Virus record (IMG/VR): IMGVR_UViG_638154508_000001
Coordinates: 1-45,449 of that record
Direction: 5' to 3' (one strand)
Origin: a virus
Length of the DNA stretch: 45,449 bases
Below, piece after piece: positions 18,390 through 28,610 of this stretch. The notes under the pieces were generated by a model. That model saw only the letters and a program-made list of their open reading frames with translations. It had not been told where the DNA came from and searched no databases. Within the stretch, counting starts at the first letter, position 1. Each line of letters opens with the position of its first letter. Made by a program: the position numbers and the translations under genes.

Positions 18390-19365
18390 CAGAAGTCCTC
18401 CCATTTCTTTTCAGCTTCATTCCATCTGCCGACACAGCTCTGCTTCGGACCGTTGTTTGCCGGATACTTGATCTGCGGTCCGCTACCGAATACACTTGCA
18501 GGAGCTATACTTTCATACGATGCAGCGAGATCTTCGATCTGACCTGCAGTCAGACTCTTAATAAGGTTCAGGTCTGGCTCAAGGCCAGCTGACATTGCTG
18601 CTCTTGTGTATCTCTGCGTAGCTGCGTTCTTGGCCTGATCTTCCCTCCAGGCTTCCATCATGGAACTGGCGATAGCCTTTGACCTAGTCTCAACCATTTC
18701 CTGGAATTTATCTGCAGGTATTCCTGAGGCTGCAGCTACTGCTGCGTTGTCGTAGTTCTTTTTCAGCTCCTCAAAAGAAGCTGTCAATGCTGCCATATCT
18801 TCCTTGAGTTTTTTGTTCTCAGCTTCGAGTGCTGCCATTTTAGTGGCATCTAGGTTGTTTTCTGGATCGTTTTCAGGTATGTTTATACCCCCTTTTGATG
18901 CTGAAATTTTGAATCGAGAAATGAATCGGATTTCTTTTTTACCCGGGTCCTTCTTTGAAGCTACAACCGACCACTGTGCTTCCTTCCAGGCTGGATTCCG
19001 GACAAGAGTCATTGACCTGACTTCGATATTTTTTATCCAGCCACTCCCATCGTCATCTCCAAGGGCATACACAGACCAGGTGTTTCCCAGGTCCCTTCTG
19101 AAATCTTCCGCTCGGCGATCGAGTCAGTAATCGATGCTCTGGCCACGATGGTGTTACCTTCCTTCCAGGCGTCTGCTACCCTGCCAATTTCCGAGCTAGG
19201 ATCCTCTACTATGTCGCAGATGTGAGCAAATGCGCGAGAGCAGATCCGGACCACAGCAGATTTGAGAGAAGAGAGAGCGTTGTCTGCCTCTGACGTGGGC
19301 ACGCCCCAGTCGTTAGCGTTTTTCTTGTCCAAAGGGAACGTCGTTCCCTCGATCAGAACAGTCAT
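18389..19365 (-). pseudogene. Prohead protease-scaffold fusion split by a one-base frameshift near 19082-19088 (~325 aa if repaired)
   Basis: Frame 1 ...KISEGTWE joins frame 2 TWSVYALG...MTLVRNPAW with one extra base; the C-terminus is a coiled-coil scaffold. Confidence 0.8.
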
Positions 19366-19375
19366 CGTTTATAGT

Positions 19376-19390
19376 GTTAACGGTGTTAAC
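19376..19390. promoter_or_regulatory. Late-operon palindromic motif, copy 1 (GTTAACGGTGTTAAC), next to a TATA-like TTTATATT
   Basis: 10 bp upstream of the protease ATG; the same motif occurs at 26238 and 28564. Confidence 0.7.
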
Positions 19391-19811
19391 AAATATAAAT
19401 TTATTTGTGTTTATACGTTTGTGAGAGTTTGAAAAACATTCAGGCATGTTATAAATGACAGTGTGAAATTAAAAGATCGGTTCTATATATTGTCTACAAT
19501 CAAATACCTTTCAATGTAGCAACTATATTTTATTGTGACAAAATTTAAAACGCGGAGTGCACAATTCAAAATATGAAACTCTGAAGGCTGAGACGGATCG
19601 AGATGCTTAGATGTAGCAATATTAAAAATACAATGATTTCTTGGGATAAAAAGTTAATAATACTTCTAATAGGTTCATTGATTGTCTCGTTTTTCTTACC
19701 CTACAATTACATTGCATTATTCACTTTTTATTCATTTTTTAGTATTTTAATCACAAAAATCGCTAATACTTTAAACTCATCAGAAAAATCTTTTTTAAGC
19801 GTATACTCTAA

Positions 19812-21530
19812 CCTAGATTCGGCAGGTAAACAAATATCTTAATATTATTAATTTTATATCTTTGTCCTGGTTTTCCCATGGCAGAAAAAGACAGCAGTAG
19901 AAGAGTTGAATCCTCCCTAAAACGTACAAGGTTCTTAGGTCACCTTGGTCTGATAGTTGGAGTGTTCCGAGAACTTGAGGTTGACAATCTGATCGATGAA
20001 AAACTTCCCAAAGAAAGGGATCATACTGTCCCTCACTCAGTCTGCATCCTTGCCATGTTGCTCAATGGTCTTGGTTTCGTAGGGCAACGTCTGTACCTGT
20101 TTCCTGATTTTTTTAAAAACATTTCTACGGAAAGGCTTTTCGGAGACGGTATAACAAGAGAGGATCTGAATCAATACGTTATCGGAGAGACTCTTGACAG
20201 AATCGTAAAATATGGCCCTACAAAACTGTTTACGGAAATTGCTCTTCACATCATGACTCATCTACCTATTCCTGTTCATTGTTTACACGCTGACACTACA
20301 AGTGTCAGCGTTTATGGGGATTATGATGACGAAGAAACTGAGTCTATTGACATTACTTTTGGAATTCCCAAAAACGGAAGATGGGACCTCAAACAATTTG
20401 TACTTAGCTTGATTGTTAATCAGCATGGGATACCTCTTTTCATGAACACACATTCAGGAAATTCTTCCGACAAAAACACAATTCTGGAAGCGATCCAGTC
20501 TCTCAAATCAGTTTTAAGACCTGAAAGCGAAGTTTACTACGTCGCTGATAGTTCCTTTTACACAGACAATAATATCAAGAACATGGGAAAGTCATTCTGG
20601 ATCAGTCGTGTTCCCGCAACAATTACCGAGGCAAAGGAACTGCTAACTGCAAATCTGAACCTGAAAACGCTAAAAAGCGACGAAAGATACTCATTTTATC
20701 AAACCTTTGTGGAATATGGTGGAGTCAAACAAAAGTGGGTTTTGCTGCTTTCTCACAAGATGAAAGAGAAGAAAGAGCAAACTCTCAGGACGAAGCTTGA
20801 AAAAGAGGTTGAAAAAGCAGAGAAGTCTTTTAAAAAACTGAAAGGAGAGGACTTTTTTTGCGAAGAGGATGCATTAAAAGCTGCAGAAAAATGGATTCAA
20901 GATTTCCCTTCTGTCTCATTTGAAAAAGTAGATGTGAAATCCATTAAAAAACGTGAGTTGGGGAAAAGAGGCAGACCTTCAAAAGATGAGCAATTAAAGA
21001 CTTATTGCAGGATTAATGGAATCATAAAGGTTAATGATGCTTTTGTTTTAAATGAAATGGATAAAATGGGACTTTTTATTCTTGCAAGTAATGATATCAA
21101 TCTTTCTCCTGAGGATATGCTGAAGTATTACAAAGGGCAGGATAACGTGGAAAAAGGATTCAGATTCTTGAAAAGTAACACCTTTAGCATATCGAAAGTT
21201 TACCTCAAGAACAAAAAGAGAATTGAAGCGATGACTATGATAATGGTTCTCTGCTTAATGATTTATTCAATTGCAGAATGGAAATTAAGGACAAAATTAG
21301 AAGAAGAAAATGAAACGATTCCAGATCAAAAAGGGAAACCAACAAAAAGACCTACAATGAGATGGATATTTTTCAATTTTCAGGGAATTACAGAACTTAT
21401 TTCTCAGAACAAAGGACAAATGAAGTCAGAAATATTGAATATGGAGGAGATTCACTGGAAGATACTGGGTCTAATGGGAGAGAAATATGAAAATATCTAT
21501 CTCTAATTACGTTAACCTGCCGAATCTAGG
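19812..21530 (+). mobile_element. IS1634-family element (1719 bp)
   Basis: IRs CCTAGATTCGGCAGGT and ACCTGCCGAATCTAGG; 6-bp TSD CTCTAA at 19806-19811 and 21531-21536. Confidence 0.93.
19878..21506 (+). CDS. IS1634-family transposase (intact, 542 aa)
   Basis: LHADTTS, ITFGIPKNGRWDLKQ, VADSSFY and YKGQDNVEKGFRFLK motifs. Confidence 0.93.
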   Translation: MAEKDSSRRVESSLKRTRFLGHLGLIVGVFRELEVDNLIDEKLPKERDHTVPHSVCILAMLLNGLGFVGQRLYLFPDFFKNISTERLFGDGITREDLNQYVIGETLDRIVKYGPTKLFTEIALHIMTHLPIPVHCLHADTTSVSVYGDYDDEETESIDITFGIPKNGRWDLKQFVLSLIVNQHGIPLFMNTHSGNSSDKNTILEAIQSLKSVLRPESEVYYVADSSFYTDNNIKNMGKSFWISRVPATITEAKELLTANLNLKTLKSDERYSFYQTFVEYGGVKQKWVLLLSHKMKEKKEQTLRTKLEKEVEKAEKSFKKLKGEDFFCEEDALKAAEKWIQDFPSVSFEKVDVKSIKKRELGKRGRPSKDEQLKTYCRINGIIKVNDAFVLNEMDKMGLFILASNDINLSPEDMLKYYKGQDNVEKGFRFLKSNTFSISKVYLKNKKRIEAMTMIMVLCLMIYSIAEWKLRTKLEEENETIPDQKGKPTKRPTMRWIFFNFQGITELISQNKGQMKSEILNMEEIHWKILGLMGEKYENIYL

Positions 21531-22863
21531 CTCTAAGATCTCAAAGAATGAAATAAATAATGATAAAAAAAGTAATATAATTGGCACTCTTCGAGACAAC
21601 TTAAAGCATTCTGACGAAGAAATTTTACTTCAGAACTTATATTTTAGGGGTACAAATATAAAGAATTGGTACAATTTTATTTTTGCTACATTAACTGCTA
21701 CTGTTTTTTCATATTAATCTATCCAAGAAATTTAAAATTCCTAAATGAAATTTTAAGTAACGTTTTTTCTTTTGAATCGATCAAAATACAGTTTAGTTAT
21801 TATTTGTCCCCAGTTTTAATTCTTGTACTACCTACTATTTTAGTGTACCTTTTAGCGTTCATTTACTTGAAATACAAAAAATCCCCATTTATAAAAATTG
21901 GCTTGAAGAAGTTAATTCTTAAGTTTATTTTAGGACTACAATTTAATTCATTTGTTATTCTTATATCTGTATTTGCCTATGCGATTCTCCTCTGGGTTCT
22001 TTCACTGATATTACAAACGAAGGATGAATCTCTTACCAATATGTTCATAGGTTTTATATCTTGTTTTGAGCCTAATAATTTTTTTAATTTAAATGGGTTG
22101 GGAGGAAATCAGTTTTCTTTTGCGTCTCTTTATTTCACATTAGCGATAGCGGGAACTATAATTTTTTCAATATCTGATCGATACAAAAAACAAAAAGAAG
22201 TCGTTACACAAAAACAGCTAAAGTTTGCAGAAGAGTATGAGAACTGGTATAAACAGCATGAAAAAGATATTAATTTTGACACAAAAAACTATCATAAAGA
22301 AGATAGAGTAAATAGATTTAATTCAATAATTTCCACTTTACGTGAAACGTTGGATCTTGAAAGCATTGATGAATTAAAAGCCCTTACAGGATACGAAAAT
22401 TGCCTGGTTCTTATAGTCGAATCGTTTCTTGCAGGGATTTGTACACTCATGATCTCTCAAGAATGCTCCGAAGGTTTCTTTTATGCTTTTTTTGTGTTTA
22501 TTTTGATATTTGTTTCATTATGTATATATATTAATCAAGTTTTTACGGACTTGAGATCGTATAGATAAATTTACTAGAATAGTTTGCCAGCCAGAATGGA
22601 GAAACTTAAAACTCATATCCAAATTCCTAATGGTTGGCTATACATAAGGATGAAATTTTGAAATTCTTATTGATGGAGAAATAAAATTGGTTTGGGATAA
22701 GCTGGTTTAATAAAAAGAGTGATTAGCCATCATTGCCCCAGGCACAAATTTACACCAGTTAGTGCCATGTGCGGGTTTTTTCAAACCCTCTGGAAACCGT
22801 ATTTTCGCAGTACATCGGGCGATCATATTCAGGCTCAGGCTGTTTTTTGTGTGGTGATGATTT

Positions 22864-23076
22864 TCAAATGTGTTCGAACTGGATCCCGTGATCTCCGGGA
22901 TAAGGCTTTTTATGGTCGTCGTCGCCTCGCCAAATTTCATCTGGGATACCATCTGGGAAAGCTTCACATATTTTTTCGTTTGATTCAGAATAAGCCTTTC
23001 TGTTGAAATGTTTGCAGGGAAGACAGACAGGACTGTAGATTACCTTGCTTAATTCACTGTCATCTATACCTATCAT
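22864..23076 (-). CDS. Small Cys/His protein coupled to MuF (candidate immunity/partner protein)
   Basis: CLPCKH...[32 protein letters not shown]; ATGA overlap with the MuF stop codon. Confidence 0.75.
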   Translation of the reverse strand: MIGIDDSELSKVIYSPVCLPCKHFNRKAYSESNEKICEAFPDGIPDEIWRGDDDHKKPYPGDHGIQFEHI

Positions 23077-24479
23077 GTTTTCTCCTCTATGTATGAATAA
23101 TCAAGATCTGATATATCCTTTGCTGCTCTTGTCCATACTTCATGGGAATGGAGAAGTTCAGCATCTTCTATACTCAATTCTCCATTGTCAATTTTACGCA
23201 GGAATTCTCGTCTTACTTCAGAGTTATGATACTCGTATACATCGCTTATTTTTTTATACCAGAGGTCTGGATACAAGTTTTCTCCATTTTTTGCCTTCAT
23301 GATATAAGTCCGGAATTTCCCAGCTGCTCTTATTTCCTTTAGCTTTGACCTGCATGCTAAACTTATATCCTGCATTGAGAAAGAACTTGACCTCGGGTGA
23401 TTGTGAGTCATGAAAGTCCCTTCAAAAAGTTTTACCTCCTCATCTGTGAATGAGACGTAGTCCACTCCACCTGTTTTTTCTAGCAGAATATTTCCTTTTT
23501 CGTCGAAGAGAATTGCCTTCTCAGTTTTCCTTTTTTTAATATCTACTTCGTAGTCTCTTATAATTGATTCTCTGCTCTTCCCTGATGGCAGCTCGGTCAG
23601 GACCTGAACATTCAACTTCTGCAGCCTAGCCTCGAGATCCTCGTCCAGGATAAACTGATCTATTCGGTATTTCTCGTTGAAGGTATCGATATCCTCAAAC
23701 GTTTTGTCGATGAGATCCTTATCAACCCGGTCATCAAGGGGGTTGAACTTCTGGTCCATTGACCTGCTGAAATTCCTGTTCTCGAACCGCATTTTTGGAT
23801 CCACTTTCCGGGTGACGGGGACAGGGATCAGATCTGATCTGCAGTGGAAATGCAGAGGTGGCCTGTACCTCCGGACCTCGGGAGAATCTGCCCTGAAAAT
23901 TGTGCCGTGCAGCATCCTGCATTGTGGGCTTGTCTTATCATCGATCTTCGCATAGAACTGCAGGTCGTCTATCCCGGAGTCCTGATATCGCCAGAGCTCT
24001 GTATTAGTGGCTACGTCAGCTGTGAAGGTCCTGGTGAACCTGATGGCCTTGTGTTTCTGGTTTCCCCATATATCCCTTACTCTTTTCTCCAGTTTGTTCG
24101 GATGCTCCAGATAAAGGCCATCGTCCTTGAGGATCCGGATAACAGATTCGGTGACTTCCTTTGAGAGGCTTGATGCCTGTCTGACAGCTTCCTCAGTGAT
24201 GGGGAGAGGTTTTGCTGCAGCTGCAGAAAAGCTGGCACTTTTGCTCGCTTTTTTCTTCTTGATACCGAGTCGTTTGTCAGTATAATCTATTGAGCGTAGG
24301 TAGACGTCGTTGATAATTCTGTCAATCTGGACCTGGAAAGTTTTCGACTTGAATTGGGTCTTGACTGATCTCAGGTAAGAGTGTGCAGGCCTTCCTTTGA
24401 TGCCCTTGAAAAGAGTTTTTTCGAAAAGAAGAAGGAAGCTTGTTTCGAGCTTCCGGATTTCAGAGGAGTCAAGGAGCAT
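23073..24479 (-). CDS. MuF/SPP1 gp7-like minor head protein with a C-terminal JAB/MPN-like extension (probable start at 24479)
   Basis: [13 protein letters not shown]...PPLHFHCRS (MuF) and [15 protein letters not shown] (HxH-x7-S-x2-D). Confidence 0.85.
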   Translation of the reverse strand: MLLDSSEIRKLETSFLLLFEKTLFKGIKGRPAHSYLRSVKTQFKSKTFQVQIDRIINDVYLRSIDYTDKRLGIKKKKASKSASFSAAAAKPLPITEEAVRQASSLSKEVTESVIRILKDDGLYLEHPNKLEKRVRDIWGNQKHKAIRFTRTFTADVATNTELWRYQDSGIDDLQFYAKIDDKTSPQCRMLHGTIFRADSPEVRRYRPPLHFHCRSDLIPVPVTRKVDPKMRFENRNFSRSMDQKFNPLDDRVDKDLIDKTFEDIDTFNEKYRIDQFILDEDLEARLQKLNVQVLTELPSGKSRESIIRDYEVDIKKRKTEKAILFDEKGNILLEKTGGVDYVSFTDEEVKLFEGTFMTHNHPRSSSFSMQDISLACRSKLKEIRAAGKFRTYIMKAKNGENLYPDLWYKKISDVYEYHNSEVRREFLRKIDNGELSIEDAELLHSHEVWTRAAKDISDLDYSYIEEKT

Positions 24480-24667
24480 TATTTTTTCACATCTGTTTTT
24501 TCCAGGATTTCGTCGAAATGCTTCCTGCACTCATCAAGGGTAGGTCCTCGAACTACAAGATATACTTCATCGACGCCACTCATATGTGGTGTAGTGTTTT
24601 TCCTGTACTCGATGAAAGGAAGTTGACCTGTATCATTATCGTCCATTTTAGTCCTCTGAGATATCAT
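24479..24667 (-). CDS. Small hypothetical protein between the portal and MuF genes
   Basis: Overlaps both neighbouring genes by a few bases. Confidence 0.55.
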   Translation of the reverse strand: MISQRTKMDDNDTGQLPFIEYRKNTTPHMSGVDEVYLVVRGPTLDECRKHFDEILEKTDVKK

Positions 24668-25889
24668 CTTCCTTGAATCCGCCCCACTTCAGAGCTGCCT
24701 GCTTTGAGATCACTCCGCTGTTGTACCACTCGAGAACTTCCTGTGCTGACATTTTGATCCGGCTGAGTTCTTCGAATTGGACCTCTACAAGGTCAGGGTC
24801 TTTCCGCATAAGAGTGAGAAGTCTCCTGACCCCTTGGTTAGCTATATTTGTGACTGTTTTCTGGAGGCCTTCAAGGCCCATGAGCCGCTCATCTTCGACA
24901 ATGTAACTCGATGCATAGGTCGTACCCTCTGCTTTCCCCATCGTAACCGGACTCTGGAACAGACCGATTGCGAGATCTACTTCGAGACTTTCTTTGTACG
25001 CCAAGACGTCGAGGGCTCCTTTTGCATCCAGTGGGTTGATTTTCACCCCGAAGGTAGCCATGTCCTCGTTTTCTTCCAGGTATTGGTGACTGTCCAGAAA
25101 TTTGTTGACCAGTTCCTGCGCTTTTTCAGGTTCTATCAGGTCGTTTTCCACCAATTTTCCGAGGGCCTCAAAATCGATGTGATAGCGGCCAGCCCCGTAT
25201 TTTTTTACGAATTGAACATAACCAAAATTGATTGAGAGATAGTTCTGGATTGTTAGTTCGAGAGGTTCCAGGATAGATTTTCCATACAACCCGTAGGTCT
25301 GTCTTTTCTTGATATCTTCCTGGACGAAATCCCATTCACCGTTGACACCGAGAACCGCGTCTTCCGGTTTTAGAGTTGTTGGGTTTTTCCCTCCCTCATT
25401 AATCATGATTTTTTCAATTTCGGGTTGCAGCATATCATCTGTTGAAAGTTTGTCGAGGCCTTCCGGAAGAAGAGTGGTAGCTGATAGAAGAAGCGGTTCT
25501 AGTCTGAAAGTTTCTGGAGTGTTGCCTTTAGGAATGGCAATGTAAGTCCCGTCCCTGGGATGTAGTCTGCCGATAGTCTGGAACTGGCCGATGAGGTTTG
25601 TTTTTTTTGCGATTTCCTCTACCTGTTTGACAGCTCGGGCGCTGCGGCCGTCAAACTGCATCCCTTTTGTCAAAGAAAGACCGAGTTTTTCAATTGGAAC
25701 TGATACGTGGGATGTGGATCTGGCCAGCTGCTGGTACCTGGTGAAGCGGTTGTTCTGATCAAAATTTATGTAGCCACCGAACTCTGTTTTTTCTTCCTTT
25801 TTTCGGAGCATTGTAATAGATGCGGCGACTCTCTTCTTCTGAAAGGTACCCGGATCTGCAGCTGCGTTGAACTCAACCATGGACCTCAC
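24648..25889 (-). CDS. Portal protein
   Basis: 413 aa, between TerL and MuF; helical, with an LAIGLFQSPVTMGKAEGTTYASS segment. Confidence 0.8.
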   Translation of the reverse strand: MRSMVEFNAAADPGTFQKKRVAASITMLRKKEEKTEFGGYINFDQNNRFTRYQQLARSTSHVSVPIEKLGLSLTKGMQFDGRSARAVKQVEEIAKKTNLIGQFQTIGRLHPRDGTYIAIPKGNTPETFRLEPLLLSATTLLPEGLDKLSTDDMLQPEIEKIMINEGGKNPTTLKPEDAVLGVNGEWDFVQEDIKKRQTYGLYGKSILEPLELTIQNYLSINFGYVQFVKKYGAGRYHIDFEALGKLVENDLIEPEKAQELVNKFLDSHQYLEENEDMATFGVKINPLDAKGALDVLAYKESLEVDLAIGLFQSPVTMGKAEGTTYASSYIVEDERLMGLEGLQKTVTNIANQGVRRLLTLMRKDPDLVEVQFEELSRIKMSAQEVLEWYNSGVISKQAALKWGGFKEDDISED

Positions 25890-26215
25890 TTACTTGCTGC
25901 GGCGTCGATGATTTTCTTACCCAGGGTCTCTGCCTCGGCTGCAGTGAAGCCACCCTTAGAATACTGCTCAGCCGTATATACGATATCAGCAAGTTCTGCA
26001 AGCGAGATGTTTCCCTTTGCGGTATTGATCTCATTTTTCAGAGTTTCCAGCGATTCCTGAGCAATCTCAAGTTGAGCAGGCAGCTGCTCAAGTTCGGTAG
26101 AAAGGAGTTTGAATCCTTTGCGGCGGGCGTATAAGTAGAGTGTTGTTGCGAAAGCCCCTAGGCCTGCACCAAAAGCAAGTATATCTTCCAGTGAGAAAGA
26201 TTCGAAAATAGTCAT
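25886..26215 (-). CDS. N-terminally membrane-anchored coiled-coil protein
   Basis: ILAFGAGLGAFATTLYLY TM helix followed by a coiled coil. Confidence 0.65.
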   Translation of the reverse strand: MTIFESFSLEDILAFGAGLGAFATTLYLYARRKGFKLLSTELEQLPAQLEIAQESLETLKNEINTAKGNISLAELADIVYTAEQYSKGGFTAAEAETLGKKIIDAAASK

Positions 26216-26237
26216 GTTTTTCCTCGTTTTTTATAAT

Positions 26238-26252
26238 GTTAACGGCGTTAAT
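26238..26252. promoter_or_regulatory. Late-operon palindromic motif, copy 2 (GTTAACGGCGTTAAT), next to a TATA-like TTTTATAT
   Basis: 22 bp upstream of the ATG at 26215. Confidence 0.7.
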
Positions 26253-26301
26253 ATATAAAAAATATTTGTTTTCTAAGAAAAAACAAAGAATTTTCAGAAA
26301 A

Positions 26302-27783
26302 TTATCTTCTTCTGGTCTGGACCATGGCAGAGAGGTCCTTGATTTTCTTTAGTCCTTTCCGAGTCAGGTATTCATGAGCCGCACTTGAGACATCCACGCA
26401 GTCATCGTGATATTTCGGATTCGGGAAATTGATCAGATCGTTAAGGTACTCATGGTTCCAGGGGGCACGCACCACATAGACCAGGCCATTTTCACATGCT
26501 GCCGAGAATGGCTTTGCCCTGGTCACCTTATCGCCTGTGCTGCGTTCTCCTCTGAATGTGTACCCTGAAAATATAGTTCGTTTGAGCCTATCAGCTTCCC
26601 TCTTGCCTGCAGATCCTGGCTCTACCTCCATCCCTATATCGACTTCTTTACCGTCCGTTTCAGCCGTAGTTTTAAGCATTTCTTCCACGCCTGCCGGGGA
26701 TTTCCTATCATGCTTCAGGTCCAAGATGTAGAACCTTCCGTCCAGCTCTCCCATAAGCAGGCCTGCAGTCCAGTCGGGGTCCTTGTTTTCAGAGCTTGGT
26801 TCTGTTGCCGCTGTATCCCACCAGCGGACCTTTCGCATTTTTCCTTTCCTTTTGCGGTATTCATTATCGAGGGATAAGATTTCTGGTTCGCCGATATTTA
26901 ATATTTTCATCTTTTCCGGAACCTCTGAGCGGTCAATAAACGTGAACCAATCCGTCCGGAACATAGTTCCCGCAGTGTGCCTGATCTTCCAGTTGCCACC
27001 TAGAAGTCGTTCGCGTTCCACAAGAGGAAGAGCTAGGAGTCTTCCTCTGTACCCAGGGTCTTTCGTGGTAAGGGCTGGATTGTCTTCCAACTTCGCTGCA
27101 ATAAAAGTAAAGGACTGAGGATGGAAATCTTCTTCCGGGATTATGTCTTTGGTCTGCTCCCGGAGTTCAGTTTTGGTGTCAGCCCAGTAGATATGATCTA
27201 GGTGCCTGACAAAATACCTGATCACACCGGATCTTTCAGGGATGGGATATCCTGTTTCCTGATCAATCCACCAGGCAATAAAGTCTGCAACCCAGCTGTC
27301 AGGATCCGGGTTGCATGTGGCCCGCATATAGGGCTTGACACCGCATGTTGAGCGATTCCTGGAGAGGAGATAAAAGAACTGGCCTTCGGAAAAGTGGCAG
27401 AGTTCGTCAAAGCCGATATAGCAGATCTGTGCGCCCTGATAGTTGTGCTTGCTTTTCTCGTGCTCCAGATGCGCAAACTTAATCGAGTTTCCGGAAACAG
27501 GGAAATACCATAGGAGATCTGATTCTCTTGGTATTGCTGACCCTTTCGGGTAGTAGGGATAGATCTCCTGCGAAGTATCCCACAGACCACCTTCATTTTT
27601 AATCTGAGGGTACGTTCTCCGAAAAATTGTAGAAGTGAAACCTTTGACATGGATATGTCTGAGAGGTTCATAAAGGAGACACCAGGACTTTCCCGACCCG
27701 GCTGACTCCCCATATAAAATTATATCTGCTGGAGAGGAGAGAAAAGTTTCCTGGGGGCCCGGCTGTGGCTTTATCTCTTTCAT
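26302..27783 (-). CDS. terL: Terminase large subunit
   Basis: Walker A-like GESAGSGKS, Walker B IGFDEL, ATCNP, and nuclease-domain WDTA and HDDCVD motifs. Confidence 0.93.
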   Translation of the reverse strand: MKEIKPQPGPQETFLSSPADIILYGESAGSGKSWCLLYEPLRHIHVKGFTSTIFRRTYPQIKNEGGLWDTSQEIYPYYPKGSAIPRESDLLWYFPVSGNSIKFAHLEHEKSKHNYQGAQICYIGFDELCHFSEGQFFYLLSRNRSTCGVKPYMRATCNPDPDSWVADFIAWWIDQETGYPIPERSGVIRYFVRHLDHIYWADTKTELREQTKDIIPEEDFHPQSFTFIAAKLEDNPALTTKDPGYRGRLLALPLVERERLLGGNWKIRHTAGTMFRTDWFTFIDRSEVPEKMKILNIGEPEILSLDNEYRKRKGKMRKVRWWDTAATEPSSENKDPDWTAGLLMGELDGRFYILDLKHDRKSPAGVEEMLKTTAETDGKEVDIGMEVEPGSAGKREADRLKRTIFSGYTFRGERSTGDKVTRAKPFSAACENGLVYVVRAPWNHEYLNDLINFPNPKYHDDCVDVSSAAHEYLTRKGLKKIKDLSAMVQTRRR

Positions 27784-27795
27784 CTATACATCAAA

Positions 27796-28017
27796 TTATA
27801 AAAAATTATATGCATTGTTAATTAAACTTTCAATAATTCTTTTATGATCATTAAGGTAATTAATATATTCTTGCACAGTTTCTTGCACTTTTTCTGCATT
27901 TTCTGAATCAGGGCTACCTTCCATAGGAATTTTGTGAAATGCATCATAAATATTTAAAAAATTACCATGTAGCTCTGCTAATAAATAGTAATCATCATTT
28001 TCATCCATAAAACACAC
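27796..28017 (-). CDS. AT-rich hypothetical protein between TerS and TerL
   Basis: 73-aa ORF with AT-rich composition unlike its neighbours. Confidence 0.5.
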   Translation of the reverse strand: MCFMDENDDYYLLAELHGNFLNIYDAFHKIPMEGSPDSENAEKVQETVQEYINYLNDHKRIIESLINNAYNFL

Positions 28018-28043
28018 ATCCGCTATTCTTTAATAAAGCGATT

Positions 28044-28526
28044 TTATTGTTTTTCAGCTGGTTTTTCAGGTTTAGGGACATCCGGATCCCGGCCATTGTC
28101 CGGGAAGTACATCACGACTCCACCTGAATGTTCCATACCCATGTTTCCGGACAGTTCTACTTTCTGCTTTGTCAGACCCTGTAGCTCTGCGATAGCCTGC
28201 ACGTAATGGAGGTGAGTGTTCTTATCGCCTTCGATGTGATCCTTTTTCAGGTCAAGGCCTTTTAGGCATTCGCGGAGAAGGCCTGCCCGGGTTGCGAGCT
28301 CATTTTTCAGAGTGAGGCGGTCCACTTCTTCCAGAAATATGGGAGATTGCCTCCAGTCATATAAGGTCCTTTCATTTACCCCCACTTCAGAAGCGACGTC
28401 CTCATATTTTTTAGTGCCGAGTGATAACAGTAATGCAGCTTTCTTCCTCAATGGAGTCCATTTCCAAACCGGAGGTTTTCGGGTTGTTTTCTTTTTCGTT
28501 TTCTTCTTTTTCTGAGCTGCTGACAT
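28044..28526 (-). CDS. terS: Terminase small subunit (HTH)
   Basis: HTH YEDVASEVGVNERTLYDW; KVELSG C-terminal motif; upstream of TerL. Confidence 0.8.
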   Translation of the reverse strand: MSAAQKKKKTKKKTTRKPPVWKWTPLRKKAALLLSLGTKKYEDVASEVGVNERTLYDWRQSPIFLEEVDRLTLKNELATRAGLLRECLKGLDLKKDHIEGDKNTHLHYVQAIAELQGLTKQKVELSGNMGMEHSGGVVMYFPDNGRDPDVPKPEKPAEKQ

Positions 28527-28563
28527 GAAGATCTATTTATAAATTAGTTTAAAAGTTCATATT

Positions 28564-28578
28564 GTTAACGCCGTTAAT
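28564..28578. promoter_or_regulatory. Late-operon palindromic motif, copy 3 (GTTAACGCCGTTAAT)
   Basis: Lies in the MCM-TerS intergenic region, 37 bp upstream of the TerS ATG. Confidence 0.7.
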
Positions 28579-28610
28579 AAAAGATGCAAAAATAAAAATA
28601 TAAAAAAATA

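Larger units (their letters stand above)
19633..22568 (+). pseudogene. AT-rich multi-pass membrane protein moron (~403 aa if repaired), interrupted by IS1634 and a T6 frameshift at 21704-21709
   Basis: Removing 19812-21536 gives VYS-KISKNEIN in frame; one extra T joins TATVF to FILIYPRNL of ORF 21666-22568. Confidence 0.8.

Noticed and set aside
19082-19088. GGGAAAC heptamer at the protease/scaffold frame junction as a programmed -1 frameshift
   Set aside because: It is out of phase (TGG GAA ACA rather than G GGA AAC), and the upstream product would be half a protease domain. A one-base deletion or sequencing error fits better.
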